A DNA stretch of 64,000 bases from Thermoplasmata archaeon. Its GTDB lineage: Archaea; Thermoplasmatota; Thermoplasmata; Lutacidiplasmatales; UBA184. The stretch is taken from NCBI GenBank assembly GCA_035626215.1, contig DASPOD010000020.1, positions 5,899-69,898 on the forward strand, in the 5' to 3' direction. The notes under the pieces are model-generated. The model made no database searches and was not told the origin of the DNA. It saw nothing but the letters and a program-made list of their open reading frames with translations. Every line of letters starts with the position of its first letter. Position 1 is the stretch's first letter. Made by a program: the position numbers and the translations under genes. Positions 34,741 to 43,446 of this stretch are shown piece by piece.

Positions 34741-35843
34741 GCGGGCACCTCGATGTACTCGCGCGGCGCGGTCGTCAGGAACTCGAACCCGTGATGGGTC
34801 ACCACGATATCGTCCTCGATGCGCACGCCGCCTTTGCCCGGAAGGTAGATCCCGGGTTCTACGGTGAACGCCATCCCTTCCTCGAGGAGGTCCTCGGCCT
34901 TCGCTCCGTAGCCCCAGCCATCGTGGACCGCGAGGCCGATCGAGTGCCCGACGCCGTGGGTCAAACGGCCCTTCCACGGCGACGCATCGATGACGTTCGC
35001 CGCCGCGAGGTGCACATCGCGGGCCGGCACGCCGGGCCGGATTGCCGCGAGGGCGGCGCTCTGAGCCTCTTCGACCTTCTCGTGCACCGCTTTCATCTCG
35101 TCGTCACGGGGTCCGAATCGGAACGAGCGGGTGATGTCGCTGATGTAGCGCCGGTGGAGGGCCCCGAAGTCGCAGACGATCGACTGGCCGGGCTTGAGCC
35201 GGGTCTCGGCCGGCTCGTAGTGCGGTTCGGCCCCGTGGGGACCGAACGCTACGATCGTGGCGAACGACCGGCCGCTCGCCCCATGCAGGTTCATCCGGTG
35301 CTCCATCTCGGCGGCGAGTTCGAGCTCGGTGATGCCGGTCTTGAGGATCGAGGGGATCTCCCTCGCCACCTCGGAGCCGATCTCCGCCGCCTTGCGCAGG
35401 CGCTCGATCTCGCCCGGCTCCTTGATGAGGCGAGCCCGGCGAATCGCCTCGGAGCCGTCGACCCAGCGGGTCCCGGGGAGGATCTTCTCGAGCCGCAGGA
35501 ACCAGGCGTGGGTGATCTCCCGGAAGTTGAGAGCCACCGACCCCGCGCCCTGCAGAACCTTCTTGAGGACGGGGTCGGGGGTTTCCCGGTCGGTCAGATG
35601 GACCTCCACGCTCGGGTCCGCCTTCGCAGCGACGCGAGCCGTCTCCTCCTCGAGCCGTGCGGTGAGCACGTCGAGCTGGCCGTCCGGGTGGGCGACGACG
35701 AGCGAATCCTCGAACAGCCCGTACGGCACGTCGAACAGATAGAAGAACGACTGGTCGAGGTGAGGTTCGACCGAATTCGCGAGGACGACGGCGTCGGGCG
35801 CCGGGTCGAGCCGCTCGAATACCTTCCGCACGCGCGACTTCAT
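34737..35843 (-). CDS. pepQ: M24-family Xaa-Pro aminopeptidase/dipeptidase
   Basis: DFGALHRRYISDITR, HGVGHSIGLAVHD, FTVEPGIY and VRIEDDIVVT (metal ligands of the pita-bread fold). Confidence 0.9.
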   Translation of the reverse strand: MKSRVRKVFERLDPAPDAVVLANSVEPHLDQSFFYLFDVPYGLFEDSLVVAHPDGQLDVLTARLEEETARVAAKADPSVEVHLTDRETPDPVLKKVLQGAGSVALNFREITHAWFLRLEKILPGTRWVDGSEAIRRARLIKEPGEIERLRKAAEIGSEVAREIPSILKTGITELELAAEMEHRMNLHGASGRSFATIVAFGPHGAEPHYEPAETRLKPGQSIVCDFGALHRRYISDITRSFRFGPRDDEMKAVHEKVEEAQSAALAAIRPGVPARDVHLAAANVIDASPWKGRLTHGVGHSIGLAVHDGWGYGAKAEDLLEEGMAFTVEPGIYLPGKGGVRIEDDIVVTHHGFEFLTTAPREYIEVPA

Positions 35844-35858
35844 GCCGCGGCGTAGCGC

Positions 35859-37325
35859 CTAGGGTGTTTCAGCTTTTGCGCCCGCGGAACGAAGGTCCTT
35901 CCACGATAGCAGGGGCTCGCGCGCCGCGCGCACCTCGTCCACCCGTGACACCGCGAGCGACCGAGGAGCCGCGTGAAGATGCTCGGGAGTGTCGGTGATC
36001 GCCCGCTCGAAGGCCGCGACGTAAGCGTCCACGTCCCGCTTGCTCTCCGACTCGGGAAGCTCGACCATCAGCGATTCCTCGACCATGGCGGGGAAGTAGA
36101 CGGTCGGCGCGTGGACCCCCTCGTCGAGCAGCCGCTTCGCGAGGTCGAGCGTCCGCACGCCTCGCTCCTTGAGCGGCGCACCCGAAAGGACGAACTCGTG
36201 CTTGACGAGCGGCCGGAATGGCCGAGGGAGATACTTACCGAGCCGGGACGCGGCGTAGTTCGAGTTCAGCACGGCCCGCCGGGAAACGTGCTTGAGACCC
36301 TCCTCGCCGTACGAGAGGATGTACGCGTACGCCCGCAAATCGAGTCCGAAGTTCCCGTAGGCCGTCTTGATCTTCCCGATCGACTTCGGCCGGTCGTAAT
36401 CGAGCCGGAACTTCCGCCCCTCCTTCGCGATGCGGGGAACGGGCAGATACGGTCCGAGCTTATCGCCGGCCGCGAGAACACCGTCGCCCGGGCCTCCGCC
36501 GCCGTGGGGCGTGGAGAACGTCTTGTGGAGGTTGAGGTGCGCCACATCGAAGCCCATCCGGCCCGGGTGCGTCACCCCCAGGATCGCGTTCAGGTTCGCG
36601 CCGTCGTAGTAGAGAAGCGCCCCCGCGTTATGGACGGTCTCGGCGATCTCGAGGATCTCGCTTTCGAACAGGCCCGCGGTGTTCGGGTTCGTCAGCATGA
36701 AGGCAGCGGTCTTGCTCGAGACCGTGCGCCGAAGCTCCGCGAGGTCGACGCTCCCGTCCTTGTCCGGGATCTCCCGGGTCAAGAAGCCGGCCATCGCCGC
36801 CGATGCCGGATTCGTCCCGTGGGCCGTGTCGGGCAAGAGCACCTCCGTGCGCTCGGCCGCCTCGCCGCGGTCGCGGAAGTACGCCCGAACCATCAGCATC
36901 GCCGCGTACTCGCCGTGGGCGCCGGCCGCCGGTTGCAGGGAGACCTCCGGTAGACCGGTGATCTTGGCGAGGGTTCGTTCGAGCCGCCAGAGCACCTCGA
37001 GGGAACCCTGGACCGTGGCTTCGGGCTGGTAGGGGTGGACGTCGGCCGCCCCGGCCCGCCGGGCGACGAGCTCGGTCACCTTCGGGTTGTACTTCATGGT
37101 GCAGGAACCGAGCGGGTACGTGGCGGTGTCGATCCCGAAGTTCATCTGAGACAGTCGGGTATAGTGGCGGACCACCTGGAGTTCGGAGAGCTCGGGCCAT
37201 CGGACCGGGGCTTTGCGTCGAAGTCGCTCCGGAATGCCGGCGATGGCCGGGGGTGACTCGGCCGATTCCATGGTGGCGAGCTCCCAGATGGGAGGCTCGT
37301 CCCATCGGGCCTGGTGGAACGTCAT
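35859..37325 (-). CDS. gcvPB: Glycine dehydrogenase (decarboxylating) subunit 2
   Basis: 488 aa. HLNLHKTFSTPHGGGGPG (PLP-lysine region). ATGA overlap with gcvPA. Confidence 0.95.
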   Translation of the reverse strand: MTFHQARWDEPPIWELATMESAESPPAIAGIPERLRRKAPVRWPELSELQVVRHYTRLSQMNFGIDTATYPLGSCTMKYNPKVTELVARRAGAADVHPYQPEATVQGSLEVLWRLERTLAKITGLPEVSLQPAAGAHGEYAAMLMVRAYFRDRGEAAERTEVLLPDTAHGTNPASAAMAGFLTREIPDKDGSVDLAELRRTVSSKTAAFMLTNPNTAGLFESEILEIAETVHNAGALLYYDGANLNAILGVTHPGRMGFDVAHLNLHKTFSTPHGGGGPGDGVLAAGDKLGPYLPVPRIAKEGRKFRLDYDRPKSIGKIKTAYGNFGLDLRAYAYILSYGEEGLKHVSRRAVLNSNYAASRLGKYLPRPFRPLVKHEFVLSGAPLKERGVRTLDLAKRLLDEGVHAPTVYFPAMVEESLMVELPESESKRDVDAYVAAFERAITDTPEHLHAAPRSLAVSRVDEVRAAREPLLSWKDLRSAGAKAETP

Positions 37326-38704
37326 GCCGACCTCCCGACCGCTTCGATGGCGGCTCGGGCGGCGCGCACGTACTTTTGGACGTCCTTCTCTTTCGCGGTT
37401 TCCGAGACTCCGACCAGGATCCGCTCCGGCTCCGCCGGCGCGCCCGGGCGCGGGTCCTTGAGCGAATGACCGCCCAGCACCTTGCGCCGACGCAGCCGGT
37501 CGAGGAACTCCTCGGCGGTCCCGCGGCCCACTTCCACGGTGAAGTCGCTCAAGTACGGAGCGTCGAACCGGGGCGCGTTCAGCCCCTCGACACCGCCGAG
37601 TCCGCTCGCGAGCGTGCGAGCCTTCTCGGCAAGGGAAGCTTGGAGGCGAGCGAGGCCGCGCGGACCCACCACGCTCGCGTAGACGACGAACGCGAGGGCC
37701 ATCAGCGAGTCGTTCGTGCAGATGTTGGAAGTCGCCTTCGAGCGTCGGATGTGCTGCTCCCGGGTCGTGAGCGTCAGCACGTACGCGCGCCGACCGTCGG
37801 CATCCAGTGTCGCCCCGACGATACGACCGGGCGAGGCCCGGACGTGCTCCTTGCGGCAGGCGAACAACCCGAGCAGCGGACCGCCGAACGACGGGGCGAT
37901 GCCGAAGCCCTGCCCCTCCCCCACCACCACGTCGGCCCCGTAGTTGCCGGGGGCTTCCAGGACGGATAGGGAGAGTGGGTCGGCAGCCACAACGAGTGGA
38001 ACGTCTCCCAGAATCGACTTCAGTTCCGGGACGCCCTCATCGATGTGGCCGAAGCCGTTCGGGACGTCAGCGAGGAGTCCGAACACGTCCTTCTGCGCGA
38101 CCGCGGAACGAACGAAATCGAGGTCGAGGCGTCCCGTTCGATCGTCGTACGGTATCCCCTCCACCTTCAGGTTCGGTCCGCTCGCGTAGTTTTCCAGGAC
38201 GCTGCGTTCCTCCCACGGGAGGCTCGCGGGGACCAGGAAGCGCTTCCCCTCGTGGACCCGTCGGCAGAACAGGAGCGCCTCGCCCGCCGCGGTTGCGCCG
38301 TCGTAGAGAGACGCGTTCGCGACGTCGAGACCGGTCATCTCGACCCAGAGACTCTGGAACTCGAAGAGGGTGCGGAGCATCCCTTGGCTCGCCTCGGCCT
38401 GGTAGGGAGTGTACGCCGTGTAGAACTCGCTCCGGGAGACCAGGGCGTCCACCGCCGCGGGAGCGTATCGCGAGGTCACCCGGCCCCCGAGGAAACTCGA
38501 GAATCGCGACATCGTTCGGTTGCGCCCGAGCAGGCGGTCCACTTCGGCCACAACCTCGGACTCCTCCCGACCGGGTCCCACACCCATCCGACCGATTCGC
38601 GCCCGCTTGGGCACGTCGGTGAACAGCTCATCCGTCGAGCTGAGGCCCAGTGATTGGAGCATCGCGGCCTCCTCTCCTGGTTCATCCGGAATCCATCGCG
38701 GCAT
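37322..38704 (-). CDS. gcvPA: Glycine dehydrogenase (decarboxylating) subunit 1
   Basis: 460 aa. FLGGRVTSRYAPAAVD, YTPYQAEASQG and TREQHIRRSKATSNICTN. Confidence 0.95.
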   Translation of the reverse strand: MPRWIPDEPGEEAAMLQSLGLSSTDELFTDVPKRARIGRMGVGPGREESEVVAEVDRLLGRNRTMSRFSSFLGGRVTSRYAPAAVDALVSRSEFYTAYTPYQAEASQGMLRTLFEFQSLWVEMTGLDVANASLYDGATAAGEALLFCRRVHEGKRFLVPASLPWEERSVLENYASGPNLKVEGIPYDDRTGRLDLDFVRSAVAQKDVFGLLADVPNGFGHIDEGVPELKSILGDVPLVVAADPLSLSVLEAPGNYGADVVVGEGQGFGIAPSFGGPLLGLFACRKEHVRASPGRIVGATLDADGRRAYVLTLTTREQHIRRSKATSNICTNDSLMALAFVVYASVVGPRGLARLQASLAEKARTLASGLGGVEGLNAPRFDAPYLSDFTVEVGRGTAEEFLDRLRRRKVLGGHSLKDPRPGAPAEPERILVGVSETAKEKDVQKYVRAARAAIEAVGRSA

Positions 38705-38844
38705 GGAGACTCACCGCCGGTGGCAGCGGTGGTGGCCATAAATCCTTCACGTCTTGTCGGCCGCACTCGGCCGAACCCGTATCGGTCCTGGGGGCCAGGC
38801 GCCATGGTAAAGGTATTCGGCCGGGGTGCCTCGGCGGGAGGTCT

Positions 38845-39933
38845 ATGGCGCGGGATCGAGCACATACAGGGAGGTCTCGAAGGGCCCCCTTGCCGCCCCC
38901 GCCGTCGGTGGAAATCCTCGACGTGGCGTTCCATCGGGCGTCGCTCGCGACTCCGCGCGGTGACACCAAGGCGGCCCGCGACCGAATGCGCGCCGAGCTC
39001 AAGATCGTACGGAGCTCGGCGACGGTGATTCGGCACCTTCGGTTGGAAGCGCGAAGGTTCGTCCGGCATCCACTCTCTCCGTTCGAAACGACGCTCGTCG
39101 ACCAACGATTCGGCGAAGGTACCCTCTCCCGGGCCGTCACCCGAGTACGCCGAGCGGAGGAACGGATCCGGGGGCTCGCCCGCTCCGCGGAACAGGCCAC
39201 GCGGGGAGCTTCCGGCCCCGAGGCCTTGGGGGAGCAGGTCCGGGCCTTCTACGGTCGACTGTCGAGCTTCGTACGGGAGGTCGACCCGGACGTCGTTCGA
39301 CTGCGCGCCGTCAACCACTTTTTGGACGAACGTCCACAGCTCGAGGCGGACCATCCCACGTTGGTCGTGGCGGGTTTCCCGAACGTCGGAAAGTCGTCGC
39401 TCGTGGCTCGACTCTCGTCCGCCCATCCGAAAGTCGCCGATTATCCGTTCACCACCCTTTCGATCGCCCTGGGTCACGCCGACCTCGGATTCGACCGCCT
39501 CCAGGTGGTCGATACGCCCGGAGTGCTCGGTCGACCGGGACGGCTCAACCCGGCCGAATCGGAAGCGACAGCCGCCGTTCGCGGTGTCGCGACCGTCGTT
39601 CTGTTCGTCCTCGACCCGACCGAGGAGTGCGGCTATTCGATGGCCGAACAGGAACGACTGCTCGACCGTTGGCGCGAGGAGTTCCCCCAGTTGCCCATCG
39701 TCGCGGTGGAAACGAAATCCGACCTTCTGAAGCGCCCCGGGGAACGCCCGAAGGTTTCGGCAGTGACCGGTGAGGGTCTCGATGACCTCCAGCGAAAGGT
39801 GCGCGAGCTCGTCCGGCCGAGGGAAGAGCTTCCGCCGATCCAGGAAGAGCTGACCGAACCCCTCGATGGAGGAGAGCTCGAACCCGAACGCCCGTCGCCC
39901 GGTAGGCGACCTCGACGCAGCGCTACACGCTGA
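38845..39933 (+). CDS. Nog1-like (OBG/HflX-type) GTP-binding protein
   Basis: In-frame ATG at 38845. G1 VVAGFPNVGKSSLV, G2 YPFTT, G3 VVDTPGVL and G4 ETKSDL, preceded by a NOG1-type helical N-domain. Confidence 0.85.
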   Translation: MARDRAHTGRSRRAPLPPPPSVEILDVAFHRASLATPRGDTKAARDRMRAELKIVRSSATVIRHLRLEARRFVRHPLSPFETTLVDQRFGEGTLSRAVTRVRRAEERIRGLARSAEQATRGASGPEALGEQVRAFYGRLSSFVREVDPDVVRLRAVNHFLDERPQLEADHPTLVVAGFPNVGKSSLVARLSSAHPKVADYPFTTLSIALGHADLGFDRLQVVDTPGVLGRPGRLNPAESEATAAVRGVATVVLFVLDPTEECGYSMAEQERLLDRWREEFPQLPIVAVETKSDLLKRPGERPKVSAVTGEGLDDLQRKVRELVRPREELPPIQEELTEPLDGGELEPERPSPGRRPRRSATR

Positions 39934-41179
39934 ACATTTTGCCGTTCTCGGGCAGCACGACGCGGCACGATGGTTCCAAGGCGTCGCGCAGAGCGTCCCG
40001 CTGGTCCCCGTGCATCAGCACGACGGTTTCGGCGCGGGATTCCCTCGCCACCCGGACGAGGTCGGAGTGTCCGGCGTGCGCCGAGAAGTCGAACCGCTGC
40101 ACCTCACAGGCCGGGTGAATGACCGTATCGTCGATGGTGAGGGTCCCCTGCTCCAGAAGTTGCCGGCCGTTCGACCCTTCGACCTGGAAACCGGTCAGGA
40201 GGATCGAGCTGTTCGCGTCCCGATAGAGCTCGCCCACGTAGTAGAGCACCGGGCCGCCGTCGAGCATGCCACCGGTCGTCACGATCACTTCGGCCTCCCG
40301 GAGCGCTTTATTCCGGTCCCCGGGGTGCTCGACCACGTGCACCCCGTCGAGCGCGCGGCGGAAGCGCCGCGCATCGGCGAGGTACTCCGGCGCCGCCTCG
40401 TAGATCTCGTTGACCGAGCGGGCCATACCGTCGAGATACGTCTCGAAGCCGGCGGAGGCGAGGGCCATCAGCACCTCCTGGGCTCGTCCGACCGCGAACG
40501 CAGGGACGATTGCCTTGCCCCCCCGTTGGACCGTCTCGTCGATCTTGTCCCGGAACTTGCGCTCGGTCTCCCGCCGATCGGGGTGTTCGCGGCCCGAATA
40601 CGTCGACTCCATCACGAGCACATCGCATTCGAGCGGTTCGGCGCCCCCGACCAAGTGGGTGGGGATCGTTTGGAGGTCCCCAGTGAAGAGAACGTCCTTC
40701 GCGCCCCGGTACAGGACCATCGACGCCCCAGGGATGTGGCCCGCGGGGGTGAACTCGACCTCGATGCCGTGGTGACGGAAGGTCGCGTGTCGGTCGACCG
40801 CCGTGAACCGCGCGTGGAGGGAATGGATGTCGGTCGGCGTGTACGGGGGTAGGTAGCCCTCGAGCCGCGCGATCTTGAGGGCGTCCTTCGTCAGGAGGTC
40901 GGCGACCGCGATCGTCACCGGGGTTGCGACCAGCCGGGCCTTCGGGAGCCGGCTCAATAGCGGCGTCATGCCCGAGTGGTCCAGGTGGGCGTGGGAGAGA
41001 AACGCGAGGTCGACGTTGGTCGGTGCCGGCCGGGGGTAGGTCGGCGGGTCGGTCGGCGTGAGCCCGTAGTCGAAGAGCAGCGTGCGGCCCTGGTCCCGGA
41101 CCACGAGGCCGAGCGAGCCGACCTCCGATGCGCCGCCGAGGAATTGGAGGTCCATCGGCGGGCCGAACGGTTCTGCCAC
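39923..41179 (-). CDS. beta-CASP metallo-beta-lactamase RNase (aCPSF2-type, no KH domains)
   Basis: MDLQFLGGASEVGSLG and LSHAHLDHSG (HxHxDH). About 410 aa. The ATG at 41155 (MDLQFLGG) is a likely true start, because an A/T box sits at 41183-41190. Confidence 0.85.
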   Translation of the reverse strand: MAEPFGPPMDLQFLGGASEVGSLGLVVRDQGRTLLFDYGLTPTDPPTYPRPAPTNVDLAFLSHAHLDHSGMTPLLSRLPKARLVATPVTIAVADLLTKDALKIARLEGYLPPYTPTDIHSLHARFTAVDRHATFRHHGIEVEFTPAGHIPGASMVLYRGAKDVLFTGDLQTIPTHLVGGAEPLECDVLVMESTYSGREHPDRRETERKFRDKIDETVQRGGKAIVPAFAVGRAQEVLMALASAGFETYLDGMARSVNEIYEAAPEYLADARRFRRALDGVHVVEHPGDRNKALREAEVIVTTGGMLDGGPVLYYVGELYRDANSSILLTGFQVEGSNGRQLLEQGTLTIDDTVIHPACEVQRFDFSAHAGHSDLVRVARESRAETVVLMHGDQRDALRDALEPSCRVVLPENGKMFSV

Positions 41180-41213
41180 TTAAGGTACCGTGAGCGGTTC
41201 CGCAGGGAAGTTC

Positions 41214-41221
41214 CCTTAAAC
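41214..41221 (+). promoter_or_regulatory. TATA-like box CCTTAAAC
   Basis: Centre lies about 25 nt upstream of the GTG start at 41242. Same octamer as at 13927-13934. Confidence 0.4.
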
Positions 41222-41241
41222 CGGCCACCGGTGCGGATAGC

Positions 41242-42054
41242 GTGAACGAAGCGGCCCGGGCGGAGCTCGAGATTCTCTACCGGATCAGTGTCGCCGTTCA
41301 GCAGGTGGTTCGGGACGCGGAGGGCTCGCCGCACCGAGCCGACGTCGTCGCGATGGGCGCCGACGGTTCACCGACCGAGGAGCTCGACCGGCTCGCGGAG
41401 ACCGAGATCCTGAAATCGCTCGACGCGGAAGGGGTCGACTGGAACCTACTGTCCGAGGAGATCGGCCACGTCTCCCGCGGCGGTCAGGACACCCTCGTGG
41501 TCGACCCGATCGATGGGACCGCGAACGCTCTACGGAACCTCCCGTTCTCGACCGTCTCTCTCGCGCTCGGGCGTCGGGACCTCGCCGGCATCGACGTGGG
41601 GCTGATCCGTGACCTGCAGCGCGGGACGACCTACTGGGCGGCGCGGGGCCAGGGGGCGTACCGGGACGGACGTCGGATCCGGACGCGAACATGGAACCCG
41701 CGGAACGAGATCTTTTTCGTCAACCTCGGCCGGCCGGCGTCCGAGCGGTCCGCACGGCTGGCGCGCAAATCGCGGCGCATCCGCTCGCTCGGCTGCGCGT
41801 CGTTCGAATTGTTGATGGTCGCGCAGGGCAGCGCCGACGCCTACTTCTTCGACAACGTTCCCGAGACCCGGAATCTGCGCGCTACCGACGTGGCCGCCGC
41901 CTACCGGATTCTCCTCGAAGCCGGGGGCGGGATGAGCGACGCTCAGGGCCAGCCGGTCGAGGGGTTCCCGCTCACCGTCGACCGACGCACCAGCGTGTTC
42001 GCGTGGGGGGACCCTGCGCTGCGCGCGAGTTCGAAGGAAGAGGGATACCTGTGA
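41242..42054 (+). CDS. Inositol-monophosphatase-family phosphatase (IMPase/FBPase/NADP-phosphatase-like)
   Basis: EEIG, VVDPIDGTANAL and ATDVAAAYRILLEAGG. Confidence 0.85.
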   Translation: MNEAARAELEILYRISVAVQQVVRDAEGSPHRADVVAMGADGSPTEELDRLAETEILKSLDAEGVDWNLLSEEIGHVSRGGQDTLVVDPIDGTANALRNLPFSTVSLALGRRDLAGIDVGLIRDLQRGTTYWAARGQGAYRDGRRIRTRTWNPRNEIFFVNLGRPASERSARLARKSRRIRSLGCASFELLMVAQGSADAYFFDNVPETRNLRATDVAAAYRILLEAGGGMSDAQGQPVEGFPLTVDRRTSVFAWGDPALRASSKEEGYL

Positions 42055-42929
42055 GGATTGGTCTTACCGCCAACCCGCGCAAGCCGGCCGCGATCGAGCT
42101 CGCCCGCCGGGCGGTCAAAATCATCGGGGACCGCGCCGAGGTTCTGCTGAGTGACGAGTCAGCCGGGGTCGCGGACGGCCTCGGTCACCGGCCTCTCGAG
42201 GACCTCGACCCGGACGTGCTGATCGCGATCGGAGGGGACGGTACGTTCCTGTACGCGCTTCGCCGGACCGTTGCCCCGATCCTCCCGATCAACGCGGGGA
42301 CGGTCGGTGTCCTCGCGGAGGTTGAGGCGAACCGGCCGAACGAGCTCCAGGGGGCGATCGAGCGGCTCCTCAAGGGATTCTACTTCCTCGAGGAACGGAT
42401 GAAGCTCGCGGCGCTCGTGGGGTCGAAACCGGTCCCGGACGCCACCAACGACTTCGTGCTCCATTCGGCCCAGGTCGGCAAGATGGGATTGTTCGAGATC
42501 GCCTTCGACGGCCACGTGGCCGGCCAGATTCGGGCGGACGGTCTCATCGTGGCGAGTCCCACGGGCTCGACCGCGTACTCGTTGAGCTCGTTGGGTCCAA
42601 TCGTCGACCCGGGGCTCGATGCGATCGTCCTCACCTCGATCGCGCCGTTCCGGGTCGAGGCTCGGGCAATCGTCGTCGAACCGCTACGGACGATTCGGCT
42701 GCGTCCGATCGAGTCCCCTCGAGGCGCGGTGGTGATCGCGGACGGCCAGGACGAGCACCCCCTCGCTCCGGGGGCATCGCTCACGGTCTATCGGTCCCCT
42801 CGGCGGGCGACCCTCGTGCGGTTCGGGTCGCGGTTCTACGAGCGCCTCCGCGGCAAGCGAATCCTGCCGTGGTCGGAGGACGGGTCGGTGGAAGGGGTGA
42901 CCGGTGCCGATCTTCCGCCCCACGCGTAG
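42051..42929 (+). CDS. nadK: NAD kinase
   Basis: GTGA overlap with the upstream stop. LIAIGGDGTFLYA, ADGLIVASPTGSTAYSLS. Confidence 0.9.
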   Translation: MRIGLTANPRKPAAIELARRAVKIIGDRAEVLLSDESAGVADGLGHRPLEDLDPDVLIAIGGDGTFLYALRRTVAPILPINAGTVGVLAEVEANRPNELQGAIERLLKGFYFLEERMKLAALVGSKPVPDATNDFVLHSAQVGKMGLFEIAFDGHVAGQIRADGLIVASPTGSTAYSLSSLGPIVDPGLDAIVLTSIAPFRVEARAIVVEPLRTIRLRPIESPRGAVVIADGQDEHPLAPGASLTVYRSPRRATLVRFGSRFYERLRGKRILPWSEDGSVEGVTGADLPPHA

Positions 42930-43437
42930 GCGCGAACCCGGTTCGTCCCGCCTCGGAGATACGCCGCACGCCATTACCCGACGCGCGTTATCGAGCGCTC
43001 TCGCGAGCGCCCGGTCGGCGTACCCGAACGAGTTCGGCGGTGTGTTGCGGGCGGACCCGCCGGGCGTGATCAGCGAGCTGCTGCTGCTTCCCGGTACGAC
43101 CGCGGGGCACCGTCACGCCAACTTCCAACTCTACATGCTTCCCGCGGACCTCACGGTCGTCGGGACGGTGCACTCGCACCCCTCGGGCGCCCTGCACCCG
43201 TCCGGGGCGGATATCCGCCTGTTCCGGAACTGGGGGCGACGTCACATCATCGTCGGCGCCCCGTTCGGCCCCGGCGCGTGGCGGGCGTACGATGGGAACG
43301 GCGAAGAGGTTCGGCTCGAGGTCCGGGGGGTTGGGAGCGACGAAGAGGACGAGCCGGAAGGTACCGAGTACCGTCCGCGGCCCCTCCACCGCTCGGGCAC
43401 CGTCGCGGCCGACGGCTTCCCCGAGGACGAGGCGTAG
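42904..43437 (+). CDS. JAB1/MPN/JAMM-domain metalloprotease
   Basis: EFGGVL (Glu) and HSHPSGALHPSGAD, a complete H-x-H-x7-S-x2-D motif. The GTG start overlaps the nadK 3' end by 26 nt. Acidic C-terminal tail. Confidence 0.8.
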   Translation: MPIFRPTRRREPGSSRLGDTPHAITRRALSSALASARSAYPNEFGGVLRADPPGVISELLLLPGTTAGHRHANFQLYMLPADLTVVGTVHSHPSGALHPSGADIRLFRNWGRRHIIVGAPFGPGAWRAYDGNGEEVRLEVRGVGSDEEDEPEGTEYRPRPLHRSGTVAADGFPEDEA

Positions 43438-43446
43438 AAAGCTGGC

